In this document: positions 1 through 21,022 of the stretch, piece after piece | Position numbering within the stretch: the first letter of the stretch is position 1 | Layout: every line of letters begins with the position of its first letter | NCBI RefSeq assembly: GCF_009914755.1 | Contig: NC_060935.1 | DNA: 64,000 nt | Source: the human T2T-CHM13v2.0 reference genome, Homo sapiens | Strand: one strand, 5' to 3' | Notes under the pieces: model-generated | Told to the model about the DNA's origin: nothing | The model's database searches: none | What the model saw: only the letters and a program-made list of their open reading frames with translations | Made by a program: the position numbers and the translations under genes

Positions 1-322
1 CAGATGGAGGAGGCTAGTTCTAGTCCTTCTTATAGACTAATATCCTTGCCCTTCCTACAGTCTAGTTGCTAAGTCTTTCCTTCTAGCCTATAAGCCAATA
101 ATTTCCAATTATGCTTGACAGTGTGTGCTCTATTTTGGTCAGCTGCAGCCTAAAAGACAGAACAAATAGTGTCCTTTTCAATTTACCTACCCTCCCTATT
201 TTTTTATTTGTACATAGGAAATAGTAATTGCGTAAATACGTAACTAGGATGTTAAGAAGTTCAAAAGATAACAAGAGAATATGCCTTGAATGTGCTATCC
301 ATATACTGGTAATTAAAATTAA

Positions 323-678
<356 letters not shown>

Positions 679-1329
679 TTCCTATTTTTATTTCTAGTAA
701 AACTCTGGACAAAGCAATGTGTCTAGCACAGGACTCTACATCCCACAGCGGCCTAAGATACTCTGTATGAATAGCTCAGTCAGTCAGAGGAAAAAATCTA
801 GACCATGAACTGAGGGTAGTCTTCAGGAAATGGATGAATCCACTCTTGAGGATCACCTCTTTGGAGGACAGAACCTGGATGTGGAGCAGTGATAGGAACC
901 ATGAGGCCATCAGGACTGAATGGTTTAATGAAGGACATCACACAGGGGCTTAAAAGCCCACAGCAGAGCTACAAGTAATCAGCCCTTACACTAGGATGGA
1001 TGAACTTGAGAGCTATTGAGAGATAACTGTGAAGACAGAAGCTGCATTTTTTTCTAACAAGACAAGCTGCTGCTCTCACCAGTGATTAGCAATTTCAGAC
1101 ACCAAAGAATAGAGGCAAGGAGAGAGGCAATCACTGAAAAGGGTTTCAATTAAACCAATAGCGTCTATGTTTCCATCTGGAAGAGGCATAAGAGTAACAG
1201 TTATATCCTATATGAAATACTTGGCAGATTAGAAATTACTTCAAACACAATCTCGTTTAGTCCTCATAAAATTCTGCTAAATATGCTTCTTCACATCCAA
1301 AAAATTCTGAGAATCACAGTGATTCAATG

Positions 1330-1780
1330 ACTTACTCTGTTAATAAGGTTATAACTTCAAATTTTTGGTTAACACAATAAAACATGATTTGCTGTTCACA
1401 GAGAAAAGAAGAAAATGATGATGTTGCTGGTTGAATTGTGCTACTGATTGGCTCTCCTCCAAGTATTGACTTAGGATTCCAAACTCTTCTTTACTTGAAA
1501 TGCTGCTATTTTCAGCATGTGTTCTCTGATGTCACCATGAACAAGAAAGAGCACATGGAAATGCTACACTGGATATTTAAGTACCTCAATGTGGAAGTGA
1601 CACACATCACTTCTGCCCACATTTCTTTGGCCATCCTAGTTATGTAGTCCCATCTAGAAAAAAAGATTATTATTTGTTTAATGTATCACTAGCTTGTTAG
1701 CTGTTTCCCAGGAACAGCTCTCTCCTATGGAAGGAGCAGAATGGCTTAAATGTTACTGCATCATAGCCTAATTGACTGCT
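1330..1780 (-). mobile_element. Degenerate MLT1-type (ERVL-MaLR) LTR fragment
   Basis: GGAAGTGACACACATCACTTCTGCCCACATTTCTTTGGCC resembles the MLT1 core; boundaries approximate. Confidence 0.5.
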
Positions 1781-2985
1781 GGAGATCATGTGAATGAGTT
1801 TACACCTGGGAATGTGATTGACAGTTAAGACGACTATGAGTTCTCTAGACTGTCTCACCCATCTTCATGGCTGGAAGTAAATACCAAAAATGGAGGAAAA
1901 CAATATAGATGCAGAATTTTATTTGCAAGTGGGGAGATAATAATCTGATAACAGAAATTGAAAAAATGGTGATCTGTGCTATGCAATAGACAAATAGTTG
2001 GTATACCTACAGCATGTCAGGAGAATGGACCAGCTGCCTCCTAGACTTGTAGCTCTAGCAGAAGAGATGTTAGAAAATACAGTGTTGGTGAAGATGGCCG
2101 AATAGGAACAGCTCCGGTCTACAGCTCCCAGCGTGAGCGACGCAGAAGACGGGTGATTTCTGCATTTCCATCTGAGGTACCGGGTTCATCTCACTAGGGA
2201 GTGCCAGACAGTGGGCGCAGGACAGTGGGTGCGCACACCGTGCGTGAGCTGAAGCAGGGCGAGGCATTGCCTCACTTGGGAAGCGCAAGGGGTCAGGGAG
2301 TTCCCTTTCCTAGTCAAAGAAAGCGGTGACAGACGGCAGCTGGAAAATCGGATCACTCCCACCTGAATACTGCACTTTTCCCACGGCCTTAAAAACCGAT
2401 GCACCAGGAGATTATATCCGGCACCTGGCTGGGAGGGTCCTACGCCCACGGAGTCTCGCTGATTGCTAGCACAGCAGTCTGAGATCAAACTGCAAGGCGG
2501 CAGCGAGGCTGGGGGAGGGGCGCCCGCCATTGCCCAGGCTTGCTGAGGTAAACAAAGCAGCTGGGAAGCTCCAACTGGGTGGAGCCCACCACAGCTCAAG
2601 GAGGCCTGCCTGCCTCTGTAGGCTCCACCTCTGGGGGCAGGGCACAGACAAACAAAAAGACAGCAGTAACCTCTGCAGACTTCAATGTCCCTGTCTGACA
2701 GCTTTGAAGAGAGCAGTGGTTCTCCCAGCACGCAGCTGGAGATATGAGAACGGGCAGACTGCCTCCTCAAGTGGGTCCCTGACCCCTGAACCCCGAGCAG
2801 CCTAACTGGGAGGCACCCCCCAGCAGGGGCAGACTGACACCTCACACGGCCGGGTACTCCAACAGACCTGCAGCTGAGGGTCCTCTCTGTTAGAAGGAAA
2901 ACTAACAAACAGAAAGGACATCCACACCAAAAACCCACCTGTACATCACCATCATCAAAGACCAAAAGTAGATAAAACCACAAAG

Positions 2986-3996
2986 ATGGGGAAAAAACAG
3001 AACAGAAAAACTGGAAACTCTAAAAAGCAGAGCACCTGTCCTCCTCCAAAGGAATGCAGTTCCTCACCAGCAACGGAACAAAGCTGGATGGAGAATGACT
3101 TTGATGAGCTGAGAGAAGAAGGCTTCAGACGATCAAATTACTCCGAGCTACGGGAGGACATTCAAACCAAAGGCAAAGAAGTTGAAAACTTTGAAAAAAA
3201 TTTAGAAGAATGTATAACTAGAATAACCAATATAGAGAAGTGCTTAAAGGAGCTGATGGAGCTGAAAACCAAGACTCGAGAACTACGTGAAGAATGCAGA
3301 AGCCTCAGGAGCCGATGCGATCAACTGGAAGAAAGCGTATCAGTGATGGAAGATGAAATGAATGAAATGAAGCGAGAAGGGAAGTTTAGAGAAAAAAGAA
3401 TAAAAAGAAACGAGCAAAGCCTCCAAGAAATATGGGACTATGTGAAAAGACCAAATCTACGTCTGATTGGTGGACCTGAAAGTGACGGGGAGAATGGAAC
3501 CAAGTTGGAAAACACTCTGCAGGATATTATCCAGGAGAACTTCCCCAGTCTAGCAAGGCAGGCCAACATTCAGATTCAGGAAATACAGAGAACGTCACAA
3601 AGATACTCCTCGAGAAGAGCAACACCAAGACACATAATTGTCAGATTCACCAAAGTTGAAATGAAGGAAAAAATGTTAAGGGCAGCCAGAGAGAAAGGTT
3701 GGGTTACCCTCAAAGGGAAGCCCATCAGACTAACAGCAGATCTCTCAGCAGAAACTCTACAAGCCAGAAGAGAGTGGGGGCCAATATTCAACATTCTTAA
3801 AGAATTTTCAACCCAGAATTTCATATCCAGCCAAACTAAGCTTCATAAGTGAAGGAGAAATAAAATACTTTACAGACAAGCAAATGCTGAGAGATTTTGT
3901 CACACCAGGCCTGCCCTACAAGAGCTCCTGAAGGAAGCGCTAAACATGGAAAGGAATAACCAGGACCAGCCGCTGCAAAATCATGCCAAAATGTAA
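2986..3996 (+). pseudogene. L1 ORF1p, frameshifted
   Basis: MGKKQNRKTGNSK...; small deletion at KE(KN)F shifts the frame. Confidence 0.9.
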
Positions 3997-4044
3997 AGAC
4001 CATCAAGACTAGGAAGAAACTGCATCAACTAACGAGCAAAATAA

Positions 4045-7880
<3,836 letters not shown>

Positions 7881-7999
7881 ACAATTCCCACCTGTGGAGT
7901 GTTGGGTGGGACTTTGGAGTCTCTCCTGTGGAGAGAATTTGGGTGTGGTCTCTACATTGTGAAAAGGGAGCAAATAAATATTAAGTAACCAAAAGTACA

Positions 8000-8385
8000 G
8001 ATGGTGACAGAGACAATTAATACTGCAAATCCATGAGTACTCCTATATTTCCCAGCTTTCCCTGCAGTTGAGTTTGGGCCATGAGGCCACAGGCTTATCA
8101 GTGAAAATGTGAATAAAAGTGTTGAATTACTTAAGACCAAGACAGTTAATAATTGCTCTATCTCATGCTTCTCTCTCTTTCCTGGCTTTAGCAACTCTGA
8201 AAAATGTATGTTTACATAACATCACAAGATGGAGGGATTCAGGATTCCTGAGCCACTAAATGGATAATAGATCCTATTGACACACACTACACTTTAAAGG
8301 ATAGAGGTATGAACTTTGTTTTGATAATTCACTGAAATTGTATGATGCATTACTGTAGCATAGCCTAAGCTACCCTTCTAATACA
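8000..8385 (+). mobile_element. MLT1-type MaLR LTR fragment
   Basis: TATTTCCCAGCTTTCCCTGCAGTTG...TTACTGTAGCATAGCCTAAGCTACCCTTCTAATACA, a typical MLT1 3' end. Confidence 0.65.
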
Positions 8386-8631
8386 GACATGTTTATTTTG
8401 AGATACCTACTAAATATACAACTAGAGAAGTCAAGAAATAGTTCACTATATAAATGTGGATCTCAAGGGAAAAGGCTGAGCTGAAGGGAGCAGTTTGGAA
8501 GTAATCATAATTTATAAATGGAATTTAAAGCTATTCAAATTTAGCTCTGATTAGATTTTTTAAAAGGTACAAATAGGTAAGAGGAACTAACATCATAGAA
8601 TATTAGCTTGCTTCATTTTTCTAACATCTGA

Positions 8632-9093
<462 letters not shown>

Positions 9094-9152
9094 TAAAATA
9101 TAATAATGGTGATCGTTCCTTACATATAAAATATAATCAATGCAAACCTTAA

Positions 9153-9501
<349 letters not shown>

Positions 9502-9744
9502 TGCTTCATGTTTTTCAAAAGCATTTTTTAAATATTTATTACCCAGTTTGATTTTCACCACAAACTTGTGATAATGACAGCAGTGATGCTGGAGATGATG
9601 ATGATCATGACACAGCCTTGGAAGGTAAGCAGGAGGAGGCAGAAGAGCCTCTGGAAATATTGGGACTCTCATATACATCAAATCTAAGACATCTTCCTCA
9701 GGCAACAAACTTCAAGTTAAAATTATAGCTAACATGAGATCCCA

Positions 9745-9965
9745 CGTAATACTGGGCAATGTGCCAAGTAGTTTACATATTTAATTTAATCCTTACAAAA
9801 ACTTTAGAGCATAGATATGAGCAGTTCAACTTTACAGGTTAAAACTAAATTTTCAAAAGATGGGAACCTCTCCATGATTTTTCAAAATCAGAAAGTGAAG
9901 GAGCCAGGATTTGAATCCAAGTATATTTTATTCCAAAGTCCATGTGCTTTCTGCTGCAACACACT
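9745..9965 (-). mobile_element. MIR
   Basis: ATTTAATCCTTACAA...GGAGCCAGGATTTGAATCCAAG...TCCAAAGTCCATGTGCTTT. Confidence 0.7.
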
Positions 9966-10048
9966 ATAGGGCCTAAACTTGGGAACTTGATTGGCAACTT
10001 CTCTTTTCTCCTACTGGTAAGAGAAAACTGTGAAGGGACCATGATGTC

Positions 10049-10982
10049 TCAAGACTTCCCCACCACAGATAACATATGAGCCATACTGTCCCTGATTTGC
10101 TTGGTCTTCTCTCCGTAGATAATGGGGTTAAGCATGGGGGAACAAGCAAGTAGAGATTTGCCAGAAGTATGTGGACATGATGGGGGATATTCTTGCCAAA
10201 GCGGTGGGTCAGGAAAGTAAAAAATGATGGGATGAAGAAGAGGAGAACAACTCCAATGTAGAACCACAGGTGTTAAGAGCTTTGTGCTGGGACTCCTGGG
10301 AAGGAAGTCTAAACACAGCCTGGAGGATCAAAGTGTAGGAAAAACCAATGAATGCAACATCTACCAAAACCGATGCCATTGGCACTGAAAAGCCATACCA
10401 GATATTGACAGTTATGTCAGCACAGGCCAATTGGGCCACCCCAATGTGCTCACAGTATGAGTGGGGGATGATATTGGTCTGACAGTATGGCAGCCTCTTC
10501 AGCAGGAATATGACAGGAAAAATTGTCCCAATGCTTTGTCCCCAGATTGTCAGGGTCATTTTTCCAATTACCATAGAAGTTAAGATGGTAGTGTATCTCA
10601 AGGGAGTACAAATGGCTACATAACTGTCAAATGCCATGGCCAGCAGGATTCCTGACTCAGCCACAAAGGCAACATGAATGAAAAACATCTGAGTAATGCA
10701 GGCATCAAAGGCTATCTCCCCAGCGTGGACCCAGAAGATCGCCAAGGCCTTAGGCACAGTGGTGGTGGATAGCAGGATATCAGTGCCAGCCAGCATGGAT
10801 AGGAAGACATGGAGGGTGTGTTCACTGAGGACAACTAGGATGAGGGCTCCATTTCCCAAGACTGCAGTGATGTACATAAGGTAGAAAGGAATGGAAAGCC
10901 AGATGTGGTATTGCTCCAGTCCTGGGATGCCAAGGAGAATGAATAGAGTGGGATGGAAGGTGGTGAGATTAGCACCAAACAT
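10049..10982 (-). pseudogene. OR52B1P: Class I olfactory receptor pseudogene, OR52B subfamily
   Basis: MFGANLTTFHPTLFILLGIPG...MAFDSYVAIC...PMLNPIIYG; close paralog of OR52B2. In-frame loss of the PMY motif and 1-nt deletions near 10259 and 10138. Symbol assigned from recalled gene order. Confidence 0.9.
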
Positions 10983-11010
10983 GCCTTCTTTTGGAGTCTC
11001 TCTATGAAGA

Positions 11011-11033
11011 CTAAAGAACATGAGAGTTAGTCA
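11011..11033 (-). promoter_or_regulatory. Splice acceptor and branch point upstream of the OR52B pseudogene coding exon
   Basis: Minus strand reads TGACTAAC-TCTCATGTTCTTTAG|, 28 nt before the ATG. Confidence 0.6.
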
Positions 11034-11889
11034 GCAGAGCCAGTTGTAAGTTCCACTAAAAGTTGAACATGGAATCAATCACTAATGCCTTGACTGAGAG
11101 TATATAATGTTATTCTTCCACTTCTCACATTATAATTGCAGATACAAATATAAACAAAGGTTTCTGATCACATCTCAGCAATATCTAGAAGCCATACATA
11201 CCTCCCCATTCTCATTGGCATGTTCTTGCTCAGGCTTTGATCATCATTTACCTGTTCTGTTGCAACAGTGTCCTAAACTAATCTGGTCTCCCTGTCTTCC
11301 AGCTTCCCAACCTCAACTCCTTCACATTCATCAGCTATGTTGCAGTCTGGTTGGTATGCTCAAAACAAATATCTTCGTCTGTTTTCTCTTATTACTCTTA
11401 TATAATTATTTATTGACTTATGAAGTCCAAAGTTCTCAAGCATGCAAAGCCCTCCACAATCCCACTGTTACTTTCTTCTCCAGCTTTAATCGCCTGTAGA
11501 CTCTAATAAAGCTAAATTAGATTATTTATACTAAATATTCTCCACACAAAACCTGGGTTTCTAACTCTCATGACTTTTCTCAAGTTTTTACCCTAACCTG
11601 GAACATACTTTTCTATCTTTAGTGTTTGTTGAAACACTGATCTTCCAATTCACAGCTTAAATATTTATTATTGGGGAAGCCTTTCCTAGGTTCAAATCCT
11701 AGCCTTCTGATTTTCTGATTATTGGCAAAAAGAGTTTTTCACATATCAGAAATTTAGCCTGATCTGTGAAATTGAACTATCCACACTTATTTTGCAAGAA
11801 TTAATTTAAATACTTTCTGCAAACTGCCAAGCATAGTGCCTGGAAGAGAAACACCAAACAAATGCTAGTTATTGGTATTATGTGGATCA

Positions 11890-13177
<1,288 letters not shown>

Positions 13178-13400
13178 TGAAGATTAAAATGTGTAAGATA
13201 ATTCTTTTTTCTGTCTATCAGGATACTTTATATTATGAATAAGAGAAAATCCAACTCGATTTTGGCCTGCAACAAAGGGGATGTCTTTGCCCTGTAACTG
13301 AAAAATATGACTCTAGTATCAGGTTTATCTAAAGATTCAAGACATTATTGGGGGCACTATTTCTTTATAACTCTCTTAGCCCTCCAGATATTGACTCTCC

Positions 13401-13861
13401 TAGGACCAGAAATAAGGTGAGATGAGTAAGACACTTACCTTGAGGGCAAAATTTAAGTGGGTACCAAAAAACCACAGTAAGCAAGATAAATACTTTAATA
13501 CAATGTTTCAGAATGAAAATTAATGCAAAAAATTCACAGTGAACACAATATTAAAATTTTAAATAAAGATAGGATCTGACAGTGCTATATACTGAGCTAT
13601 TGTTTGGAGTCTGAAGCCCTTATAAATGTTTTCATGTATTATTAATAGCTAAATTTTTTCAATAATTTTATTTTGAATATATTATTCATTATTTTTTCCA
13701 TTAAAGCCAATAAAATTTTTTTAATTCTAATTTTTATCTAAATAAAATATTTAAACTTATACTAATGTTATGAGTTTTAATATGCTTACTTTTAGATATT
13801 TCAATATATTTAAAATACTTTAATATTCCAGAAAAAAAAATTAACCCTAGTCCTAGCCCTG
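13401..13861 (+). mobile_element. hAT DNA transposon relic (MER96B-like)
   Basis: Imperfect terminal inverted repeats TAGGACCAGAAATAAGGTGAG / TTAACCCTAGTCCTAGCCCTG with an AT-rich body. Confidence 0.7.
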
Positions 13862-14038
13862 CATAGGAGAAATGTCTGCAGCAGTTCAAGATGTCAAGAT
13901 GTACACATTAGATAGTGTGTACTTATAATACACTGTCCAGAAGAATTGTGAAGATCTTGTCTGAATCAACAGTTTATTGGATTTATTTCAGGAAAACCTA
14001 AAAATCCTAGGAAACAAACATTTATTCCCTGCCCCAAA

Positions 14039-14325
14039 ACTTACCCCAGTTGAAGAGAAAGTTATTCTCCAACATGGGGAAGGAGCTGCCAGATGCACAG
14101 TATGGAGTGAAACAGGACGGTAATTGTACTTCATCCTTAGGAATCCCTGGGGTGAGGAGACAGCTTCTACCCTACTAGGTATTTAGGGAGTGTTTGGTTT
14201 AATTAGACAGATGGAGACCCCAGCAGAACCAGTCTCCAGTGATCACTGCCTCAGGAACCAAAGAGGATGGGTAATCTAACTGTCCTTCCTGCAGCGCTCT
14301 GTACATACTGTGTTTCCTAATGACT
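14039..14325 (-). promoter_or_regulatory. Candidate promoter and first non-coding exon of the OR52B pseudogene
   Basis: Minus-strand donor GGG|GTAAGT (14039-14044), O/E site TCCCTGGGG (14144-14152), homeodomain sites TAATTG (14121), TAATTA (14200), TAATGA (14318). Confidence 0.5.
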
Positions 14326-14490
14326 CCATATCTCTAACACATAAACACAGAATGGATTAGAGCTGCTACTAGTTAATACGTAGAATATTAAAGGCCAAGC
14401 TGTACCTACTAGACCTCAATATACATATAAACATGTGGAGAGATAGAAGAAATAGTAGGTCAAAAGAAGCTAAGTGTATGGGTGGGTGGG

Positions 14491-14507
14491 TGTGTGTGTG
14501 TGTGTGT
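14491..14507. repeat. (TG)n microsatellite
   Basis: TGTGTGTGTGTGTGTGT preceded by (GGGT)3. Confidence 0.85.
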
Positions 14508-14569
14508 AAGTGATTCCAGTTACAAAACTAGACAATATTTAACAAGGGTTCAGAGGTCAATCACCTCAC

Positions 14570-14975
14570 CAATATTTCAATCCGTAAATATACATATGTA
14601 TGCTCTATGCTAGATATTGGAACTATAATGATGAGGAAGACATTCTCTGCCCTCACAGAACTCAAGTTCTCGTGGGTTCATAAGTAGAGTTATTAATATT
14701 TAGTTGAGATGATAAACGTCGTTGGTTTGGAGACCAAGAAGATAAGGTGATTACCTCTGAATTGGGGGGATCAGTGAAGAGTTCAAAGAACTCTACCATT
14801 TACCAAGTAAGTGACCTTGACTACTTATTCTCTCTGTGCCTTGGGTACCTCTGTGTATTAACCAGAGATAATAGCAGCACTATCTAATGGGGTTGTATGA
14901 GAATTAAATGAGATAATGCAGCAGAGAACTGAACATGGTTTCTAGCATAGAGTCATCCCTTAATAAACATGAGTT
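14570..14975. mobile_element. L2 and MIR fragments
   Basis: CTCTGCCCTCACAGAACTC (L2-like); GTGACCTTG...CTCTCTGTGCCTTG...GAGAATTAAATGAGATAATG (MIR core). Confidence 0.6.
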
Positions 14976-16759
14976 GTTGAGAGGAGCAGAGCAAGATGTT
15001 CAAATAGAAGCCTCCACTGAGTGTCCCCCAACAGGAACATCAAACTTAACAACTATTTACACACAAAAACACAGCTTCATAAAAACCAAAAATCAGGTGA
15101 GCAGTCACAGTGCCTGGTTTTAACTTTATATCACTGAAAGAGGCACTGAAGAGTGTAGGAAAAATAGTCTTGAATCACTGACGCCACCCCTCCCCCACCC
15201 CCCAGCAGTGGCCACGTGACACAGAGAATCTGTGCACTTGTGGGAGGAAGAGCGCAGCGATTGTGGAAGGTTTTGCATTGGAACTCAGTGCTGCCCTGTC
15301 ACAGTAGAAAGCAAAACCAGGTTCAACTCAGCCAATACCCACAGAGGGAGCATTTAGATAAGCCCTAGCCACAGGTGAATCGTCCATGTCAGCGATTGGA
15401 ACTTGAGCTTTGGTAAGTTTCACCACCACAAGCTAAAGTTCTCTGGAGTCCTAAATAAACTTGAAAGACAGTTTAGGGCACAAGTTCTGCAACTCATAGG
15501 CAAGTTCTAGTGCTGTGGTGGGCTCAGAGCTAGTGGACGTGGGAGGCATGAAATCTAGTGAGACACCAGCTGAGGTGACTAAGGGAATGTTTTTACCACC
15601 CCTCCCCCAACCCCAGGCAGCACAGCTCACACAAATGAAAGTGACTCCCTTCTGCTTGAGGAGAGGGAAGTGTAAAGAGGACTTTGTCTTGCAACTTGGA
15701 TATCAGCTTAGCCACAGTTGGATAGGACACCAGGCAGAGTCATGAGGCCCTCATTCCAGGTCCTAGCTCCCAGATGACATTTCTAGACACACCCTGGGCC
15801 AGAGGGGAACCCACCATCCTGAGAAGAAGGACTAAGTTCTGGCAGGATTCATCAGCTGCTGACTAAGGAGCTTTTGGTCCCTGAATAATCAGCAACACTA
15901 CACAGGTAGTACCACAGTAGTAGTCGTGGGCTTTAGGTGAGACTCTGAGACGTGCTGGCTTCAGGTGAGACCCAGCACATTTCTAGCTGTGGTGGCTATA
16001 GTGAGAGATTCCTTCTGCTTGAGAAAAGCAGAGGGAAAAGTAAAGGGGACTTTGTCATGCATCTTAGGTACCAGCTCAACCCCAGTGAGGTAGAGCATCA
16101 AGTGGACTCAGGGTTCCCAGTTCTAGGTCTTAGCTCTTAGATAGCATTTCTGGACCTGCCCTAGGCAAGAGGGGAGCCCACTACCCTGAAGGGTGAGTCC
16201 CAGGTCTGGCAGCATTCACCATAGCTGACTGAAGAGCCCTGAGCCTTAGGTAAACATCAGTAGTAGTTTGGCAGTACTCCCCATGGGCCATGGGGTGGTG
16301 GCCATGGGAAGAAGCTATTCTGCCTGGGAAAGGAAAGAGTGGGATCTTCCCTTTCCTTCCCTGGTATCTCGTGATTTGAGTGCCAGCATAGCTGCAAAGA
16401 ATAGAGCACCAGGCAAATTTACAAGGTTTTTTACTGCAGTCCCTGGTCCTTAGACAGCATCTCTGGACCTGTTCAGGCCCTGGGAAAACTTATCGCCCTG
16501 AAGGGAAGGACACAAGACTGGCTGGCTTCATTGCATGCTGATCATAGACCCCTAAGGCCTTGAGCAAACACAGGTGGTAGCTAGGCAGTAAATAAGGGAA
16601 GAGAACAAGAGTCTCTGCCTAATAATACAAATAATTCTTCTGGTTATTATTTAAGACTGACAAGGTGGTGCTTCTATAAGTATGCAAAACACCAGTGTTA
16701 CTAGGCTTGGGGTGCCTACTAGTGCAGATATGGCTTAGGTCAAAACACCCAAGTCTCTC

Positions 16760-19183
<2,424 letters not shown>

Positions 19184-19750
19184 AATTACAGGACAGGGGT
19201 CCCGATATAGACCCCAAGAGAGGGTTCTTAGATCTCACACAAGAAAGAATTCAGGGTGAGTCTGCAATGCAAAGTGAAAGCAAGTTTATTAAGAAAGTAA
19301 AGAAATAAAAGAATGGTTACTCCATAAACAGAGCAGCCCTGAGGGCTGCTGGTTGCCCATTTGTATGGTTATTTCTTGATGATATGCTAAAAAAAAAAAA
19401 AAAAAGGCGGGGGTGGATTATTCATCCCTCCCCTTTTTAGACCATATAGGGTAACTTCCTGACATTGCCATGGCATTTGTAAACTGTCCTGGTGCTGGTG
19501 AGAGTGTAGCAGTGAGAACAACCAAGGTCACTCTCGTCGCCATTTTGATTTTGGTGGGTTTTGGCCGGCTCCTTTATTGCAACCTGTTTTATCATCAAAG
19601 TCTTTATGACCTGTATCTTGTGCCACCTCCTATCTCATCCTGTGACTTAGAATGCCTTAACTGTCCGGGAATGCAGCCCAGTAGGTTTCAGCCTCATTTT
19701 ACCCAGCTCCTAGTCAAGATGGAGTTGTTCTGATTCACATGCCTCTGACA
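19184..19750 (-). mobile_element. MER41A LTR (5' LTR)
   Basis: Minus strand begins TGTCAGAGGCATGTGAATCAGAACAACTCCATCTTG and ends ...CTCTCTTGGGGTCTATATCGGGACCCC; lacks the MER41B GAS segment. Confidence 0.85.
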
Positions 19751-20007
19751 GCATGACATATTAAGGTGCTGAAAGAAAAAAAAAAACTTTTAACCTAGAA
19801 TAGTATATCTGGTGAAAATATCCGCTAAGCATTAAGTCCCCCAGGCAAACAAAAGCTGGGGGATTTCATCATCACCAGACATATCCTACAAGAAAGGCTA
19901 AAGGGAGTTTTTAATCTGAAAGAAAACAATGTTAATGAGCAAGAAGAAGTCATCTGAAGTTATGAAACTCACTGGCAATAGTAAACAGAAAAAAACACAT
20001 GACAGTA

Positions 20008-20443
20008 CGTGAACCCCAAAAATCTGAGACAGGTATCAGTTAATTTTGAAAGTTTATTTTGCCAAGGTTGAGGACATAGCCTCAGGAGGTTCTGATGACA
20101 TATGCCCAAGGTGGTCAAAGCACAATTTGGTTTTATACATTTTAGGGAGATATGAGACATCAATCAACACATGTAAGGTGAACACTGGTTCAGTCTGGAA
20201 AGATAGGATGACTCAAACAGGGAGGGGGCTTCCAGGTCATAGATAGAAAAGAGACAAATGGTTGCATTCTTCTGAGTTTCTGATTAGCCCCTCCAAAGCA
20301 GGTAATTAGATATGCATTTATCTCAGTAAGCAGAGGGGTAACTTTGAATAGAATGGGAGGCAGGTTGGTTCTAAGCAATTCCCAGCTTGACTGTTCCCTT
20401 TAGCTTGGTGACTTTGGGGACCCAAGATATTTTTTCTTTCACA
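20008..20443 (-). mobile_element. MER4A1-like solo LTR
   Basis: Minus strand TGTGAAAGAAAAAATATCTTGGGTCCCCAAAGTCACC...TTTTTGGGGTTCACG; 4-bp TSD AGTA (20004-20007 / 20444-20447). Confidence 0.85.
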
Positions 20444-20622
20444 AGTATAGCACTGTAATTGTAGTGTATAATCTTCTCTTGACTTAAGTAGAAAAACTAA
20501 ATTATGAAAAATAATAACTATAATAATTATAACAACTTTTTAAGACATAGTACAATAAGACATAAAGAGAAACAACAAAAATTTAAAAAGTAGGCAAAGT
20601 TAAAGTGAAGAGTTTTTGTTAG

Positions 20623-21022
<400 letters not shown>

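Noticed and set aside
19405-19445. MER41 as an interferon-inducible (STAT1) enhancer
   Set aside because: This copy is the A-type. The tandem TTCCGGGAA GAS segment of MER41B is absent between AAAAAGGGGAGG and ATGAATAATCC.
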